Shown in pieces: positions 40,664 to 55,369 of a DNA stretch of 64,000 bases. The translations under genes and the position numbers were made by a program. Below the pieces are notes generated by a model, which saw only the letters and a list, made by a program, of their open reading frames with translations, had not been told where the DNA came from and ran no database searches. The stretch spans positions 21,700,001 to 21,764,000 of the forward strand of contig OX597820.1 in NCBI GenBank assembly GCA_951406725.2, written 5' to 3'. Origin of the DNA: Octopus vulgaris (lineage: Eukaryota). Numbering within the stretch: position 1 is the first letter of the stretch; every line of letters starts with the position of its first letter.

Positions 40664-41228
40664 ATATTTTATCTGATACATTTGAAATCAGATAGGCTGA
40701 AACCTTTTGAGATATAGCATTTCTTTGAAGCTAAATAAATGCGGGTCGGAAAAGAAGCTTCAGTTTTTGTAACTTTCTCATGAAAAAGGACTTTTAACTC
40801 GTCTTCTCACATTGATTGATTTACGTTAAACCTGTGATATTTGAAGGATGTCGTTATGAAAGTGCAACCAAGTTTAGTTTTCATCCGTAAAACAAATATT
40901 TCTTGTATGACTAGGGAACCGTTTTTGAATACTGAATCCTAATACTTTATTTGAGAATGCGTTATGAATACGCACCCTGAAATACTTGAAAATATAAGTA
41001 TAAATTCGTGCCATGAAATACTTCAAAACAAAGTCGATTAGAAAATAGGAAATCTTATACGTGTGCTTTAAATTGTATGATTACAGTTTTTTTTTCTCTA
41101 ATGGTTTAAGCAAAGGAAGTGCAGCAGTGCCAATGACCCTGCTCAAAGGCTTCTGTCAAGTTGGAAAGGAAAGGAGGAAGTCTGTAATAAGACTTCAGGT
41201 CTGCCCCAAACGCTTTAAACAGAGTAAA

Positions 41229-41563
41229 AGACCCCCTTCGGTCATGAATGACCATGGGATTGCACGTAGAAAGTTACCCTCCTAGACACAAGTCCGGGCA
41301 AGGTTGTTTATGGAAGACCAGCAGTCGCCCATGCATACCAGCCTCCCCTCTCCACGCCACCAGTGTTATCCAAGGGAAAGACAAAGGTCGATACAGCCTG
41401 GCACCTGTGACGTCGCAACTCATTTCTACAACTGAGTGAACTGGAGCAACGTGAAATAAAGTGCCTTGCTCAAGAACACAACACGCAGCCCGGTCCGGGA
41501 TTCGAGCTCACAACCTCACGATCGTAAGCTCGACGCTCTAACCACTGAGCCATGCGCCTTCAC
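41229..41563 (-). mobile_element. SINE with tRNA-Arg(ACG)-like head, group-B-like core and RTE-like tail, with target-site duplication
   Basis: Head revcomp gtgaaggcgcatggctcagtggttagagcgtcgagcttACGatcg. The sequence agagtaaa occurs on both flanks (41221-41228 and 41564-41571). Confidence 0.85.
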
Positions 41564-41910
41564 AGAGTAAACTCCATTAAACGCATTCAAGGACACCCAG
41601 TGCTCAGTTCAGTATAGTTTCGTATTATCTCCCCTTTGATCACAGTTCATCTGTTTACCTCACTAAGCGTTCACTTTCTTAAGGAAGAACCAGATCTCTG
41701 TCACTGAATTTTGCCTTTTGTTTATAACCATTGGTGATAATCATGATTATAGTTTTAGCTGCAAATTATTTTAACGCTAACATTTTATTATGTAAATCGA
41801 TTATAACTATATTAGAACTGATTAAATAACTAAATGAAGTCAAAGAACTCTATATCAATTACCAATCGTTTGCAAGAGACAGCACAAAACTGAGACTGTT
41901 GAAATTCATG

Positions 41911-42765
41911 AATATCTCGGTAACAATTTTATTTCAGGAAATTCAAATATTTAGAGTCTTTTTACTACTTTTTCGACAGCGGAAGAAAGAAATCCACTAG
42001 TCACTATAACCCATTTTATATTCATTTAAAAGATTCCTGATCAAACGCACTAAGTATTATTATAAATATATATATATTATTATTGGAATGTCTCGGTTAC
42101 ATTTTTATTTCTGGAAATTCAAATATTTAGAGGCTTTTAACATTATGAAATCATTATATATACTTGGGTTATCTTCAGTTTGAATATCATTTTTATTTAT
42201 CAGATAGTAGCATCTTCAATACTATTAATGTCTTCATTCGTTTACAACATTTGAATGGTATTTCACAATCTCCAAATTTTACTCTATTGAGTCTATTTAC
42301 TATTTTTTTTAATTTTTGTATAGCTCACTAGTCACTATAACCCATTTTATATTCATTTAAAAGATTCCTGATCCAAAGCACTAAGTATTATTATAAATAT
42401 AAATATTATTTTTGGAATGTCTCGGTTACAATTTTATTTCTGGAAATTCAAATATTTAGAGGCTTTTTACGACATTATGAAATCATTATATATACTTGGG
42501 TTATCTTCAATTTGAATATGATTTATATTTATCAGATAGTAGCATCTTCAATACTATTAATGTCTTCATTCGTTTACTTCCATATTTTCAACACCATTTG
42601 AATGGTATTTCACAATTTCCAAATCTTACTCTATTGAGTTTATTTACTATTTTTTTCTTTGTATAGCTCACTAGTCTCTGTAACCCATTTTATATTCATT
42701 TAAAAGATTCCTGATCAAAAGCACTGAGTATTATTATAAATATAAATATTATTCAGAGAAAGTCT
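41911..42765 (+). repeat. Tandem repeat, ~335-bp unit, ~2.5 copies
   Basis: cactagtc.ct.taacccattttatattcatttaaaagattcctgatc recurs at ~41995, ~42327 and ~42669. Confidence 0.88.
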
Positions 42766-43084
42766 CAATTTGTTTTGGAATATATTGCCAAGATAAGGCG
42801 ATGAGCTGGCAGAATCGTTAGCTCGCCGGGAAGTTAAGCGAAGTTTCACTACAACTAACAAAGCAAAGATTGTAGTCACTTCGGTATTAGTTTCACCTTG
42901 ATAACTTGAGATATACGCCCTACATTAAGTCCATAAGATTAGATGTTTTTAAAATTACATATCTACTTCGGGTCAGTATACAGAATTCAAGCCATTTTTA
43001 TTCAAATTCATTAACTTTCATGGAATGTATAAACGATTAAAACAGATCGCCTTCTATAAACAAATCTTCTTTGATAATACGATA

Positions 43085-43720
43085 AAATTTAAGCACATGG
43101 CCAGCAATTTTAGGACGAGGGAGTTACATCAACCCAGTACTTGACTGGTGTTGTATTTTTTTAATTCCGGAAGGAAGAAAGGAAAAATTGTCTTCGGTGG
43201 TATTTGAAAGTAAGAATCGGAAGAAACAATTCTGTCAATTCATTATCTTTCAAGAAACAATTCTTATTTCTTTACTACCCACAAGGGGCTAAACACAGAA
43301 GGGACAAACAAGGACAGACAAACGGATTAAATCGATTACATCGACCCCAGTGCGTAACTGGTACTTATTTAATAGACCCCGAAATGATGGAAGGCAAGGT
43401 CAACCTTGGTGGAATTTGAACTCAGAACGTAACGGCAGACGAAATACCGTTAAGCATTTCGCCCGGTGTGCTAACGACTCTGCCAGCTCGCAGCTGTCCA
43501 TTCATCACTTTTCATGACAGTATGTTGAATTCAAATTTTAGCACAAGAGCAGCAATTTCGGAGGAGACCCCTGTGCTTCACTAGTACTTATTTTATCAAC
43601 TGTGAAAAGATTAAAGGTAACGTCGACCTCGGCTGAATTTGAACTGAGAACGTAAAGGCGAAAGAAATGCCTCTAAGCATTTTGCCCGGCGGGCTAACGA
43701 TTCTGCCAGTTCGCCGCCTT
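43085..43720 (-). mobile_element. Cluster of SINE group C copies
   Basis: Three successive core matches; heads at ~43490 and ~43720. Confidence 0.8.
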
Positions 43721-44300
43721 CATGACGGTATATTAATAAAAACATTTGTATGTCAATCGAAAATGTTTTATCAAATAGTTTCATCCTTACATTATTGAAT
43801 GTAACAATTATAAATGCGAGGCTAACATAAGCATATTTTAGGACTATCAAGTAAGAAATTTCATTTTATATGGAATTTCAAGTTATGGTAATTGACTGCT
43901 AGAATGGCGTTTCGGCGTTTGTTCTCGCTCTTTGCATTATGAATTCAAATCCTGACGAGGTTAACTTTGCATTTCCTTCTTCTGGTGTCGATAAAGTAAA
44001 ATCGTACTTTATGATATGATCCGCGGAAATACTGGGTCGAAATACTCGACTGTTCTCTTCTCTCGAAACGGGTAGCCTTGTGCCTTTACCAGAAATCAGA
44101 CGCTTTGAGTATAGTGTTATAGAAAAGGATAACATTCCATTAAGTAATGTTTACGAAGCAATTTCGATTTTGGGTCAGAGTTAGTTCAGTTTAATGACGT
44201 TAGAAATGTAAATCTACAACAAATACCTTCGAAAGAAGTTTATATGACGCTTAATTTCTAGTCCAAATAGAAGACATATTATAATAGCTAATTGATAAAA

Positions 44301-44555
44301 GTGGAGGCGCGTGGCTTAGTGGCTTGGGTGTCAGCATTATGATCATAAGATTGTGGTTTCGATTCCTGAACCGGGCGAGGCGTTGTGTTCTTGAGCAAAA
44401 CACTTCATTTCACTTCATTTTGCCAGTCAACTCAGCTGGCAAAAATGAGTAACGCTGCGATAGACTGGCGCCCCGTCCAGCTGGGGAACACATACGCCAT
44501 TGAAACCGGGAAACCGGGTCCATGAGCCTGGCTAGGCTTTAAAAGGGCGCATTTA
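44301..44555 (+). mobile_element. SINE group B
   Basis: Family match. Confidence 0.9.
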
Positions 44556-44984
44556 TTTATTATTTTATTATTGATAAAAACTACGATAACAGAATCTAAC
44601 AGAATCTCCCTGCCCTGAATTTAAATTCTGCAGAAGTCAGCATTGCTCTTCGTTCTTTCAGTGGCAATAAAACATAAAGTGCATCAGGCCACAACAATGG
44701 ACTGCAATTATTCTTAGAGCATTTGACAACTATTTTCACTCTTGAGTTAGACAGTAGTAGACTTAATGTTTTATCCAATTTAGCACCAGCTCCTGGTCCT
44801 TGGATCGCTCTATTGCAAGCATTCAGGCCAGACTCTTGTATAAGGATAAATACTTTTTATTCCTTCCACTAATGTCGAAGACTCTTGTTATGGACATTAT
44901 TCTTCCGTTCCTAAATAATTATTTAGAAATGTGAAAGCAATCTATACAATATGGATGCAATTCTTATTGCTACTACTTCCTGTA

Positions 44985-45134
44985 TACATTATTTACATTA
45001 TTTACAGTTGACGGATATTTGTCCTCATCTTGTTTGTTGTTAACACAACATTTCGGCTGATATACCCTCGAGCCTTCTTCAGGTGTCTTGGGGAAATTTC
45101 GAACCTGGGTTCTCATTCCTAAGGTATTTTTCAA

Positions 45135-45178
<44 letters not shown>

Positions 45179-45304
45179 TATTATTTATTATTATTATTAT
45201 TATTCAGGTCTCTGCCTGGAATCCAATTCGGAATTTTGTGGTTAGTAGCCCGTGCTCTTAACCACTACTAACCCCAAGATTCCGAGTTCGATTCCAGTCA
45301 GTGA

Positions 45305-45310
<6 letters not shown>
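44985..45310 (-). mobile_element. Copy of the 10.9-kb hammerhead element plus adjacent fold-back tRNA-like module in (AAT)n
   Basis: Minus 45042-45087 reads gacacCTGAAGAaggctcgagggtatatcagccGAAAtGTTgtgtt. 45203-45310 is an inverted pair containing ccgagttcgattccag (B-box-like). Confidence 0.65.
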
Positions 45311-45367
<57 letters not shown>

Positions 45368-45401
45368 TAATAATAATATTTATAATAATAATAACATTAA
45401 A

Positions 45402-45501
<100 letters not shown>

Positions 45502-47129
45502 TAGTGCTTGGATATATAATATTGACTAACAGAAACATATGGTGAGAAAGGAGCAATATTAATGATTGACCAAACTTATTCCCCTTCATTCGTTCCTTTC
45601 TTTGACACAATTCTTCTCCAATCATGCAATCAAAATATAATTTACTCTTACGTAAGACTTCCAGATTTTACACCATTTTACACGTAGAAGGCTATTGCTA
45701 TTTAGGAACTATAATATAACATGCCGTGATGAAAACGAAAACAGGAAGCATGTTAAAGGCCACATATATTTTCTGTTTCATTTATAAACACGGTGTCTAT
45801 AACTACATATGTTTGTGTTTATAAGGTAATTCGGATAATGTTATATCCGAGAAATATGAAAGTTTTACAGCTACTTCTTCAGATGATGAAGATATAAATC
45901 CGGTCTCATCGCATGTAGACAAACTTCGAGCTATGATGTACTGGTTCTTCTTTACGCTTGCAACACCTCCTATTTCCTTCACCGTCAGTTATCATTTAAA
46001 TAACCGAGGCGTTTTTACTTTTTTGTTGCTATTCCTCATCCTTGTTAGGTAAAGCGGCGCCCTATGAATATGATGTAGTGTCTTATGTAAACAATACAGC
46101 ACTTGGGGAACACACCCTACCTAGCATACGGTGCTGCAATTATAATTAGAGGAAGGTTCAGACGGCAGGTGAAGAGATTTGCCGGAACGTATTCAGAAGC
46201 TCTGTGCACACACATATCTGTTAAACTATCTCTCTCACTCACACTTACCTCTCTATCTCCCTTCACTCATTCACTCTTCCTTCACCCTCTCTTATTCTCT
46301 TTACATATATATAATGTCTACCTATCTCCCTACATATCTATCTCCCTACATATCTATCTCCCAATTTATCTATCTATCTAGCGAGCCAGCTAGCTAGCTA
46401 TATGTCTGACTCTATCTGCTTGCCTGCCTGTCTATCTGTCTAACAATCTATCTGTCGATCTGTCTATCCACCTATCTATAAATACATACATACATAATAC
46501 ATACATACATACATATATATATATCAATACACACACTGACACGCATACATACATACATACATACATACATACATACATACATACATACATACATACATAC
46601 ATACATACATACATAAATACATGTATGCACACCGGATAAATGAGACGTGTCCTACTTACACGAAATTTCAAGTAGTTTAGAGCAATATCGATATTTGAGC
46701 GTTCGTGTGTGTGTGTTGTGCGTGTATGAATGAATGAATTATATAAATATATGCATGCATGCATGTAAATATGAATACACATGCACCATCGTAAATTTGG
46801 TGAGGCAAGACGAGTCGGTACAGAGTAAAATGACGCTTTAAATATTTGTACATGTGACAAATAATTACATAAGCTGAAATATTAGCAGAGGTATTTTGGT
46901 TAAAACTGTCAATGAAGACAGTTGTAATCCACGAGAAAGTAAATATATATATATATACATATATATTCTTTTATTCTTTTACTTGTTTCAGTCATTTGAC
47001 TGCGGTCATACTGGAACCGACCTGGGGTCTGTTCCAGAATAAATTCTGGAGTCGAACAAACCGACCCCAGGACATATTCTTTGTAAGTTTAGTACTTATT
47101 CTGTCGGTTTCTTTTGCCGAACTGCTATG

Positions 47130-47183
<54 letters not shown>

Positions 47184-47559
47184 TGTTGTGTCTGGGGAGA
47201 GTCATTTTCTTTTTGGGCCTTATAATTTAACACACACCGGTAAAATTTCCACTTCAAATCCAAAAACTAAAATTAACTAGAAAGAAAAAAGAAAGATTAC
47301 AAAATGATTCAAAAATAGAATTCTCGAAAAAAATAGATTCCAAAATTGAAAAACGCAATAAATTCCAAAATTTAAAAAAACGGCGGGTACTTAGTTGCCA
47401 ACCCAATATATTGAATATGCATTTGTGTATACAAGACCTCAAGGAAATAATCAATTTAGAAATGTACTATACACATATATGAAGGTATATGACTATAGCA
47501 GCTAATTTTAAATAACAAATACAAAGCGATGTCTCGAATATATATATATATATATAAAC

Positions 47560-47760
47560 ATGATGGCCGTCCACTCATGACCGAGGAAGACCATTGCTGA
47601 GCTTCAAGAACGTTGTGCGCTCTAGAACTAACTTATATTTTGCATTTGCGGCTCCGTTGGGGGCTAATGAGCCTTGCTCTTGATAAGCATACACGACTGC
47701 AAACATAAGATACAGCATTATATTCACAGGGTGCCGCTTTACCTAACAAGGATGAGGAAT
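47560..47760 (-). mobile_element. RTE-like LINE 3' end
   Basis: Encodes YVCSRVCLSRARLISPQRSRKCKI* (degenerate C-terminal C2H2-like finger), followed by a short tail. Related fragment on + at ~46030-46090. Confidence 0.55.
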
Positions 47761-47954
47761 AGAAACAAAATTCATACATACATACATACATACATACATA
47801 CATACATACATACATACATACAAGAGTGTGTGTTTGTGTTTGTATGTATATGCATGTATGTATGTGTATGTGTGCGTGTGAGTGCGTGTGTGTGTATGTA
47901 TGTATGTATGTATGTATGTATGTATGTATGTATGTATGTATGTATGTATGTATA

Positions 47955-48300
47955 GACATTCAGTGATATACGTATGGAAGATCATGGAGGAGTTGGCACC
48001 AAACTTTGGCATCGAGAGCTCTACTAATCCCCGATCTGAACGTCACTGCACTGTTTCAAAGTTTCCAGCTATCCTATCTAGAATGAGAATCATGTACTAT
48101 AAAAGCTTGGAACTCAAGAGCCCACAGCTATTTCATGCTTTACTAAAACATCTGAGTAATCTCCATGCAGTAGGGGAAGATGTTTTCAAGCAACAACTTG
48201 ATCCCCGTGCTGTTCAAGGTCTAGAGGGACCTATACCATGGCAAGAAGCTCAAAAAGAAAGCAGGAGTATCGAACTCACTCCGTGAAAAGCCAATCAGAT
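47955..48300 (+). mobile_element. CR1/L2-like LINE ORF2 C-terminal remnant
   Basis: Reads RHSVIYVWKIMEELAPNFGI...KSPQLFHALLKHLSNLHAVGEDVFKQQLD, resembling the 'LWNxLP...FKxxLD' terminus. Confidence 0.65.
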
Positions 48301-48572
48301 AAGTACAGCCATTAAAAATGCGATTACGCTGGCGATGCTCCAGTACGGCCACACAGCGTTTGGGCTGCAATGTATGAAAGAATAAAAGAATATATACGTA
48401 GACACGCACACACACACGCGCGCGCGCATACGTAAAGAATTGAACAGGTAAAACACGGAGTAGGACTGTCTCATATCAAAGTAAAGCTTATAACATATGT
48501 ACTAGTCGCTCGAATTTTACTGACTTCCTACACTTAGATGCACAGATCATTCCAACGAATTGCTGTACATGC

Positions 48573-48628
<56 letters not shown>

Positions 48629-48807
48629 CTTTACTACCCACATGGGACTAAACACAGAGGGGACAAACAAGGACAGACAAACGGATTAAGTCGATTACGT
48701 CGACCCCAGTGCGTGACTGGTACTTAATTTATCGACCTCGAAAGGATGAAAGGCAAAGTCGACCTCGGCGGAATTTGTGTATATGCATACATACATACAG
48801 GTAAAAG

Positions 48808-48841
<34 letters not shown>

Positions 48842-48950
48842 ATAGAACCTGTTTTAGTCGTTAAACTGCGGTCATGCTGGGACACCATATAGTGTACTGT
48901 TCCGTGATGGTAAGATCAACAGAAAAATACTCCATCTGGTGAGAAATGAA

Positions 48951-49145
48951 TATTATTTAATAAATACAATATATGTATTTATGTGCTACTATTGATTTCA
49001 TGCGTTGAGTGCCACGTGGGCAGAGTCTGAGTGTCTGATGATTGTGCTAGTACACCAGACGTGCTAAATAACACTGTCTGGCATGCTCTCAGCACATGAA
49101 ACTAATAGTATCGCGTAAATACATATATTGCATTTATTAAATAAT
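48951..49145. mobile_element. Fold-back element (MITE-like)
   Basis: tattatttaataaatacaatatatgtattta ... taaatacatatattgcatttattaaataata terminal inverted repeats with weaker inner pairing. Confidence 0.6.
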
Positions 49146-49737
49146 ATGCGCACTCGCGTGTGTATGTATTGTCAGATACCATGCAATATAAATTATTGGT
49201 TTAGCAAAATTTCTTCCACCTCTAAACGATACATCATAACATCAAATGGCAATAAAAACTCACTACACTCGAGGAAGGGAGACAATCTGACAATCTCATG
49301 ATTCATAAATTCTCCAAAACTCTCATTCTTTAATGAGAAGGACTGGATTACAGTCTATAGTTAAGAGGACGTTCGTCCACACGTGTTTCTGGTTCAATAT
49401 CCCCCATTACCACGACAACGGTTTGACCCTATCTCTGGTTACTTAGATTTATGCAATAATGAGTAGAACACATAAATAGCGTAGGTGATTTTGCATAGTT
49501 TAAACAAAAAAATGTACTAAGAGAAGAAACTCAAAATGGCCAGCGGCATGTATCTGAGCAACATAGACAAATGTAGGTATATCAAATACCATATGGCATA
49601 AATTCTTGGTTTACTAAAATTACTACCACCTCTAGGGGATATATCATAAATATCAAATGGCAGTTTAGAAAAGCTTCGGCTGACAAGGGAGATAATACAA
49701 GAAAACCCCCAAGCTGACATATGACTCTTCTCTTATC

Positions 49738-50138
49738 TTTTTACTCTTTTACTCTTTTACTTGTTTCAGTCATTTGACTGCGGCCATGCTGGAGCACCAC
49801 CTTTAGTCGAGCAAATCGACCCCGGGACTTATTCTTTGTAAGCCCAGTACTTATTCTATCGGTCTCTTTCACCGAACCGCTAAGTGACGGGGACGTAAAC
49901 ACACCAGCATCGGTTGTCAAGCAATGCTAGGGGGACAAATACAGACACACACACATACACATATATATATACATATATACGACAGGCTTCTTTCAGTTTC
50001 CGTCTACCAAATCCACTCACAAGGCATTGGTCAGCCCGGGGCTATAGCAGAAGACACTTGCCCAAGATGCCACGCAGTGGGACTGAACCCGGAACCATGT
50101 GGTTGGTTAGCAAGCTACTTACCACACAGCCACTCCTG
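49738..50138 (-). mobile_element. SINE group A, near full length
   Basis: Family match. Confidence 0.9.
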
Positions 50139-52246
50139 TCTCCAGACAATAAGCCTAAATTCCATGCAATCACAGCTAGACCAAATATATATTTATTTAT
50201 GATTTTAAGTTTTATTCCCAGTTCAAAATTTTTTAAGCTCTATTAATATAACGTTTACTCATTTTAAAGGTATTTCAAGATAATTTTATTCAATCCATTA
50301 ATTACTATTCATTATAAAGGCGGCCATAATTTATTTAGACTCGCCGTGAGAATAAATGTAATATTCAGAGGTACTAATTACAGAATATTGTAATTCTTTC
50401 TAATTTAGGCACGAAGACTGAAATATTTGGGGAGGGGTTAGTTGATCATTATTGGCCCAAGGAGCTACGCGGAATTTGAACTCAGAACGTAAATAGCCAG
50501 GAGATATGTCACTAAGTATCATGCTCGACGTCCTAACGATTCTGCCAGCTTGCCGCCTTAATCCCCTGTTAAAAGTTCTTTCTAAATTTGGCACAAGGCC
50601 AGCAATTTGTAAGAGAAGGGAGATTAGTTGATTACATAGACCCACTCACCCACCCACCCAATATGCAACTGGTAATTATTTTACCGACTCCCAAAGCAAC
50701 ACTGGATCGACCATTAAGCAAAATAAGGGATGGGGAGCACCACAAAAATGGTAAGTGGTTTACGGTACAAAAGAAATCTCTTTAAACTTGCTATAATAAT
50801 ATCCGAAGTGGTTTATATGATCGGTGGTATAACTTCGAAGTGTTCATGGTCTCATAGTTAGGATCTGATCAAAGACTTGGCAATTAAAAAACAAATTAGG
50901 AGAAAACTTTTCGAATATAAATAAAGTGGAACTATATAAAAAGAAATATTATTTTCCATCTTAGTGTTAGTTTTGTTTCATTCTGAAAAATAAATGTTTA
51001 TTTCATGGTCTATTATTATTTACATTTTGCAATATATATATATAATGGCGGTGTCCCAGCATGGCCACAGCTCAAGAGCTGAAACTGGAAAACATAAACA
51101 AAACATAAATATATATATATATATATATAAATTAGAGAAAACCACTTTTATGTAATTCAAACAATGATAGACATAAATCAAATCATAAAGAAAAAATAAA
51201 ATATATTTTTTAAAACATATAACTAGATCACAAAAAGTACAAAAATAAATAAACAATATATAAGTAAAAAGACTACGTAAGTTTCGTGGCTATAACTTCA
51301 TTTCGAATTACAATTAAATCTAAATTAAATCGAAAAACAATTCAATTTTATTATTATTATTATTAATTTATTATATATAAATATGTGTGTGTGTGTGTGG
51401 TGACACAAAAATGTTTAAGTCTTTAGGGCTCCTACGGGTTTTAATCTGGTCCTGCTCCAAAGGATGTAAATCAAAGTCGACATCGGCGCTGTTTGAAATC
51501 CTCCAATACAATAATTGTAAATGCTATTTAAAATAACTGTCTTTATATGTAAGAAATATCTGTTAATATCATTTCATATATTGAACCAACGAAACGAAAT
51601 TGCACCGAGATAACTGGGATTGTAAACTTGATAAACCTATAATCACCGAAGAAGCAATTGGTGGCATAAGAATTAGGTCGTCATTAGCGAATCATTACAC
51701 TCACTCTATATATCTTCCCGTGTATATGCAGGTGAGTGTTCGGCGTTTATCTGAATACCTGCAGCTTTATAAATTATGAATTATGTTGCAACTGGCAGGG
51801 GGCAATGTAGATAAATAGAGACGATGTTTTCAAAATTAATATTCCGAGAATGCATGATTTCCGTAACTTACGATCACGTCTTGATTTCGGATTTCGAGTC
51901 CTGTTTGGTATCCTTTTACATTATTTATGTTATTTATAACTTTAAGATATAGTAATTGAAGACCATCAACTCCTTTTCCTCTTCTGCTAAAGATGTGAAA
52001 GTTTACGATATTTAAGTTAATTAGAGCGAAATGTTATCAGAAACCAGGAAGTTATAAAGCTAATTGATATCTTCTACTTTATTAAATCTGCAACCTTAAA
52101 CATAACGAGTCACTATATCCGTTATTTTCACTGATTTCAATAGATTAAGCATTGTAATATATAATATTCTTTTAGAAACCCGTTTGATATGTTTCTGAAT
52201 GAATTTAGTCGATGAAAACTGTGGAAGCCCATAGTATATATGTACA

Positions 52247-52388
<142 letters not shown>

Positions 52389-52688
52389 ATTTAGGAATGG
52401 TCATGTTGCCAGTTTAGCCAATAAAAACACACGCACTATATATTTGGTGTTAATTTGCTTCAGCTTTATTTATTTTTTACATTAATCTTAATCTTATTTC
52501 GGCCAGAGTTCTTCCGTCACACATCTGTGACCTCATCAGAGGTCCTTTACTTTCTTCTTTCTTATTAGTATGTCTCTCCTTAATAACGATCAGCCATTTT
52601 GTATTTTGTATTCTTATTGTGTTTTTATCTGCGCATGCGTATACCTCTATGTGTATCTATGTTTAGTTAGTGTGTGTGTGTATATATA

Positions 52689-52721
<33 letters not shown>

Positions 52722-53657
52722 ATATATGTGTATAAGTGTGTGTGTGTGTGTGTGTGTGTGAGTGAGTGTGAGTGTGTGTGTGTATTATGTGTGTTATTTA
52801 TGTACGTATGTATATATTTGTTTATTCTTTCACTTGCTTCAGTCATTTGGCTGCGGCGATGCTGGAGCACCACATTGAAGAGATTTTTAGTCGAACAAAT
52901 CGATCCCCAGGACATTTCTTTTAAGCCTAGTATTTATTCTATCGGTCTCTTTTGCCAAACCGCTAATATATGTGGGGTTGGTGGTCTTTGTGATTGTCTC
53001 CTCTCCACAAATTTTCATTATCTTCTCATTAATAAATAGTGGTTATTTTTTACTTTAAACTAGTAAATATGTGTGTGTATATGTGTGTGTGTGTGTGCAA
53101 GTGTGTGTGTATGTGCGCGTATGTGTGTACGTATGAATGTATGTTTTATGCATGTATATGTGTGTGTGTGAGTGTTTGTGTGTGGGCGAATGTGTGTGTA
53201 TGTGTGTGTACGTATGAATGTATGCTTGTACATATGTGTGTACGTGTGTGTGTGCGAGTGTGTGTGTATGTGTGTATGTGCGTATGTATGTATGTATGTT
53301 TGTATGTATGTGTGTATGTGCGTGTGTATGCATGTAAGTATATAACTTTAAGAAGACATAATATATAAGCGGCAACGAGTCACATTGGATATTCTACCAC
53401 TTACTATTATCATTAATTATATTTTCGAAATTTCTAAAATTTACTTGATCTTGCTTCCATTTGAACTTGAAAAGCAACGAAATCAACTAGAGATTCTCGT
53501 ATGACCCTTAATTGTACAAAAGCATAAATTTTTCTTTACGGGTCATTGGCTCGAAATTTACTCGTAATCCTAATTGTGAATTTTGTTTAGGTTTATATCT
53601 TCTTTCTCAAACGTTTACAATTAATAAAACGGCTGTTTTCGTTAATGTATATAGCCA

Positions 53658-54050
53658 CTAGCAGTAGCGCCCGGTATTGCTCGGGTTTGCTTCGACCCTT
53701 TAGAATTGTAATTTTTGAAAAGTAAAAATTTTGCATTATGTAGCTTGTTATTCTCTTTAAGTGAATATTTTTCTGGTTGAAATACACAGAAAAATGACAA
53801 CACAGCAGTCAAAAAATCGTTAAAAATAGGGATTTTCATAGAAAAAAAAGCACCTTTTTGATGTTAATAATTTCTGGTGTTAACATGGTCCGATTTGAAT
53901 TTTTTCTTCTACGGAAGGAAGAGCAAGCCTTCTTCTATCATACTCTCAATTTTGGTCAACATGCACCGCAGGGTCTCGGAGGAGATAGTGTTAGTTGAAG
54001 GCTACCAAACCTGCGATACACAGAAAACTTCAGCTTTATATATTTAGAGA
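53658..54050 (-). mobile_element. Non-autonomous Helitron (~390 bp)
   Basis: Minus: A|TCtctaaatatataaagctg ... cccgagcaataccggg hairpin ... CTAG|T. Confidence 0.85.
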
Positions 54051-54427
54051 TATACATGACAGATATCATTCAGTTAAAATTTCAAGTGGACATCCTATGT
54101 TTAAGTAGATACAAGTACCAACAAAAAAAAGTGACCATCAACCAGCTGTGATTTATCTAATCTAAAAGTATTATTTGTTTTAATTTTCATTATAAAGGCG
54201 TGCCTTTTGGCCGCCATAGCTATACTTAACTGCTTTGGCGCCGAACCAAATAACTTTATAACGATATGATTCCACATAGCACAATACCACCCTCTATCTT
54301 GCAATAGTAAACCTTACGATATCATCACGCGCTGCGCTGCGTTTTTTTTTATAAGAAACAATACTATTTTCCTAGGCGTCCGTTTATATCTTACTGTGAT
54401 GAAGATAGAGAAGCAAAATGTGGTGGT

Positions 54428-54665
<238 letters not shown>

Positions 54666-54849
54666 TAAATGAAAATAAGGAAATGTAATTATATTTAAAA
54701 TTTTAGTAAGTCTAAGCTGGTATATAGAGTTACAGACATATACACATTAGTATATACGAACGCTGCGCTATACAAACATTTACTGAAAGCCATATAAATA
54801 TAGTGGTTATAATGAGTTTACTGTTGCATGTTTTTATAGAACCGAGAGG

Positions 54850-54860
54850 TGCGCATGCGC
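54850..54860. promoter_or_regulatory. NRF1/ewg-like palindromic site TGCGCATGCGC in a locally CpG-rich patch
   Basis: Motif match only; a possible donor GAG|GTAATT lies ~20 bp downstream. Confidence 0.25.
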
Positions 54861-55369
54861 TTGCAGAAGTGAAACGCGGAGGTAATTAAATACCTATCTT
54901 CTCATCTGTTTAACAAATTAGCGGATGAACAATAAAAATCTACAGGTTGGACTTTAACCAAAAGATTCTGTTTATGAATTCCACCCAACTTTTCAAACAC
55001 TTAATTTCATTTCTTGCGTCATGATCATAATAATCGTTTGCGCCCGCTGTTATTTTATCCGCATAATGCCGTTGTCTTATGAGACTTCATCGCAGACAGG
55101 TTTGAGAGCGTTAACGCGTCGTTTTCTATCGTTAGGTTCCTGTTTATAAGATAAGCGCTTGCATTTATTATTATTTGAATTCTAATTCAGTAAACAAAAC
55201 TACTTGATTTCATAGTGTTTATTATATTCTGCCAAATTGCTTTATTTCCTAACAGGAATTAAACAAAATATTATAAGAAACAAAGGAGAAATGAATTACT
55301 TATTGAAAATAATGTTTCAAATTTAATACGATAAGAAAAACGACACGAATCATTAGAATTTACTGTAAA

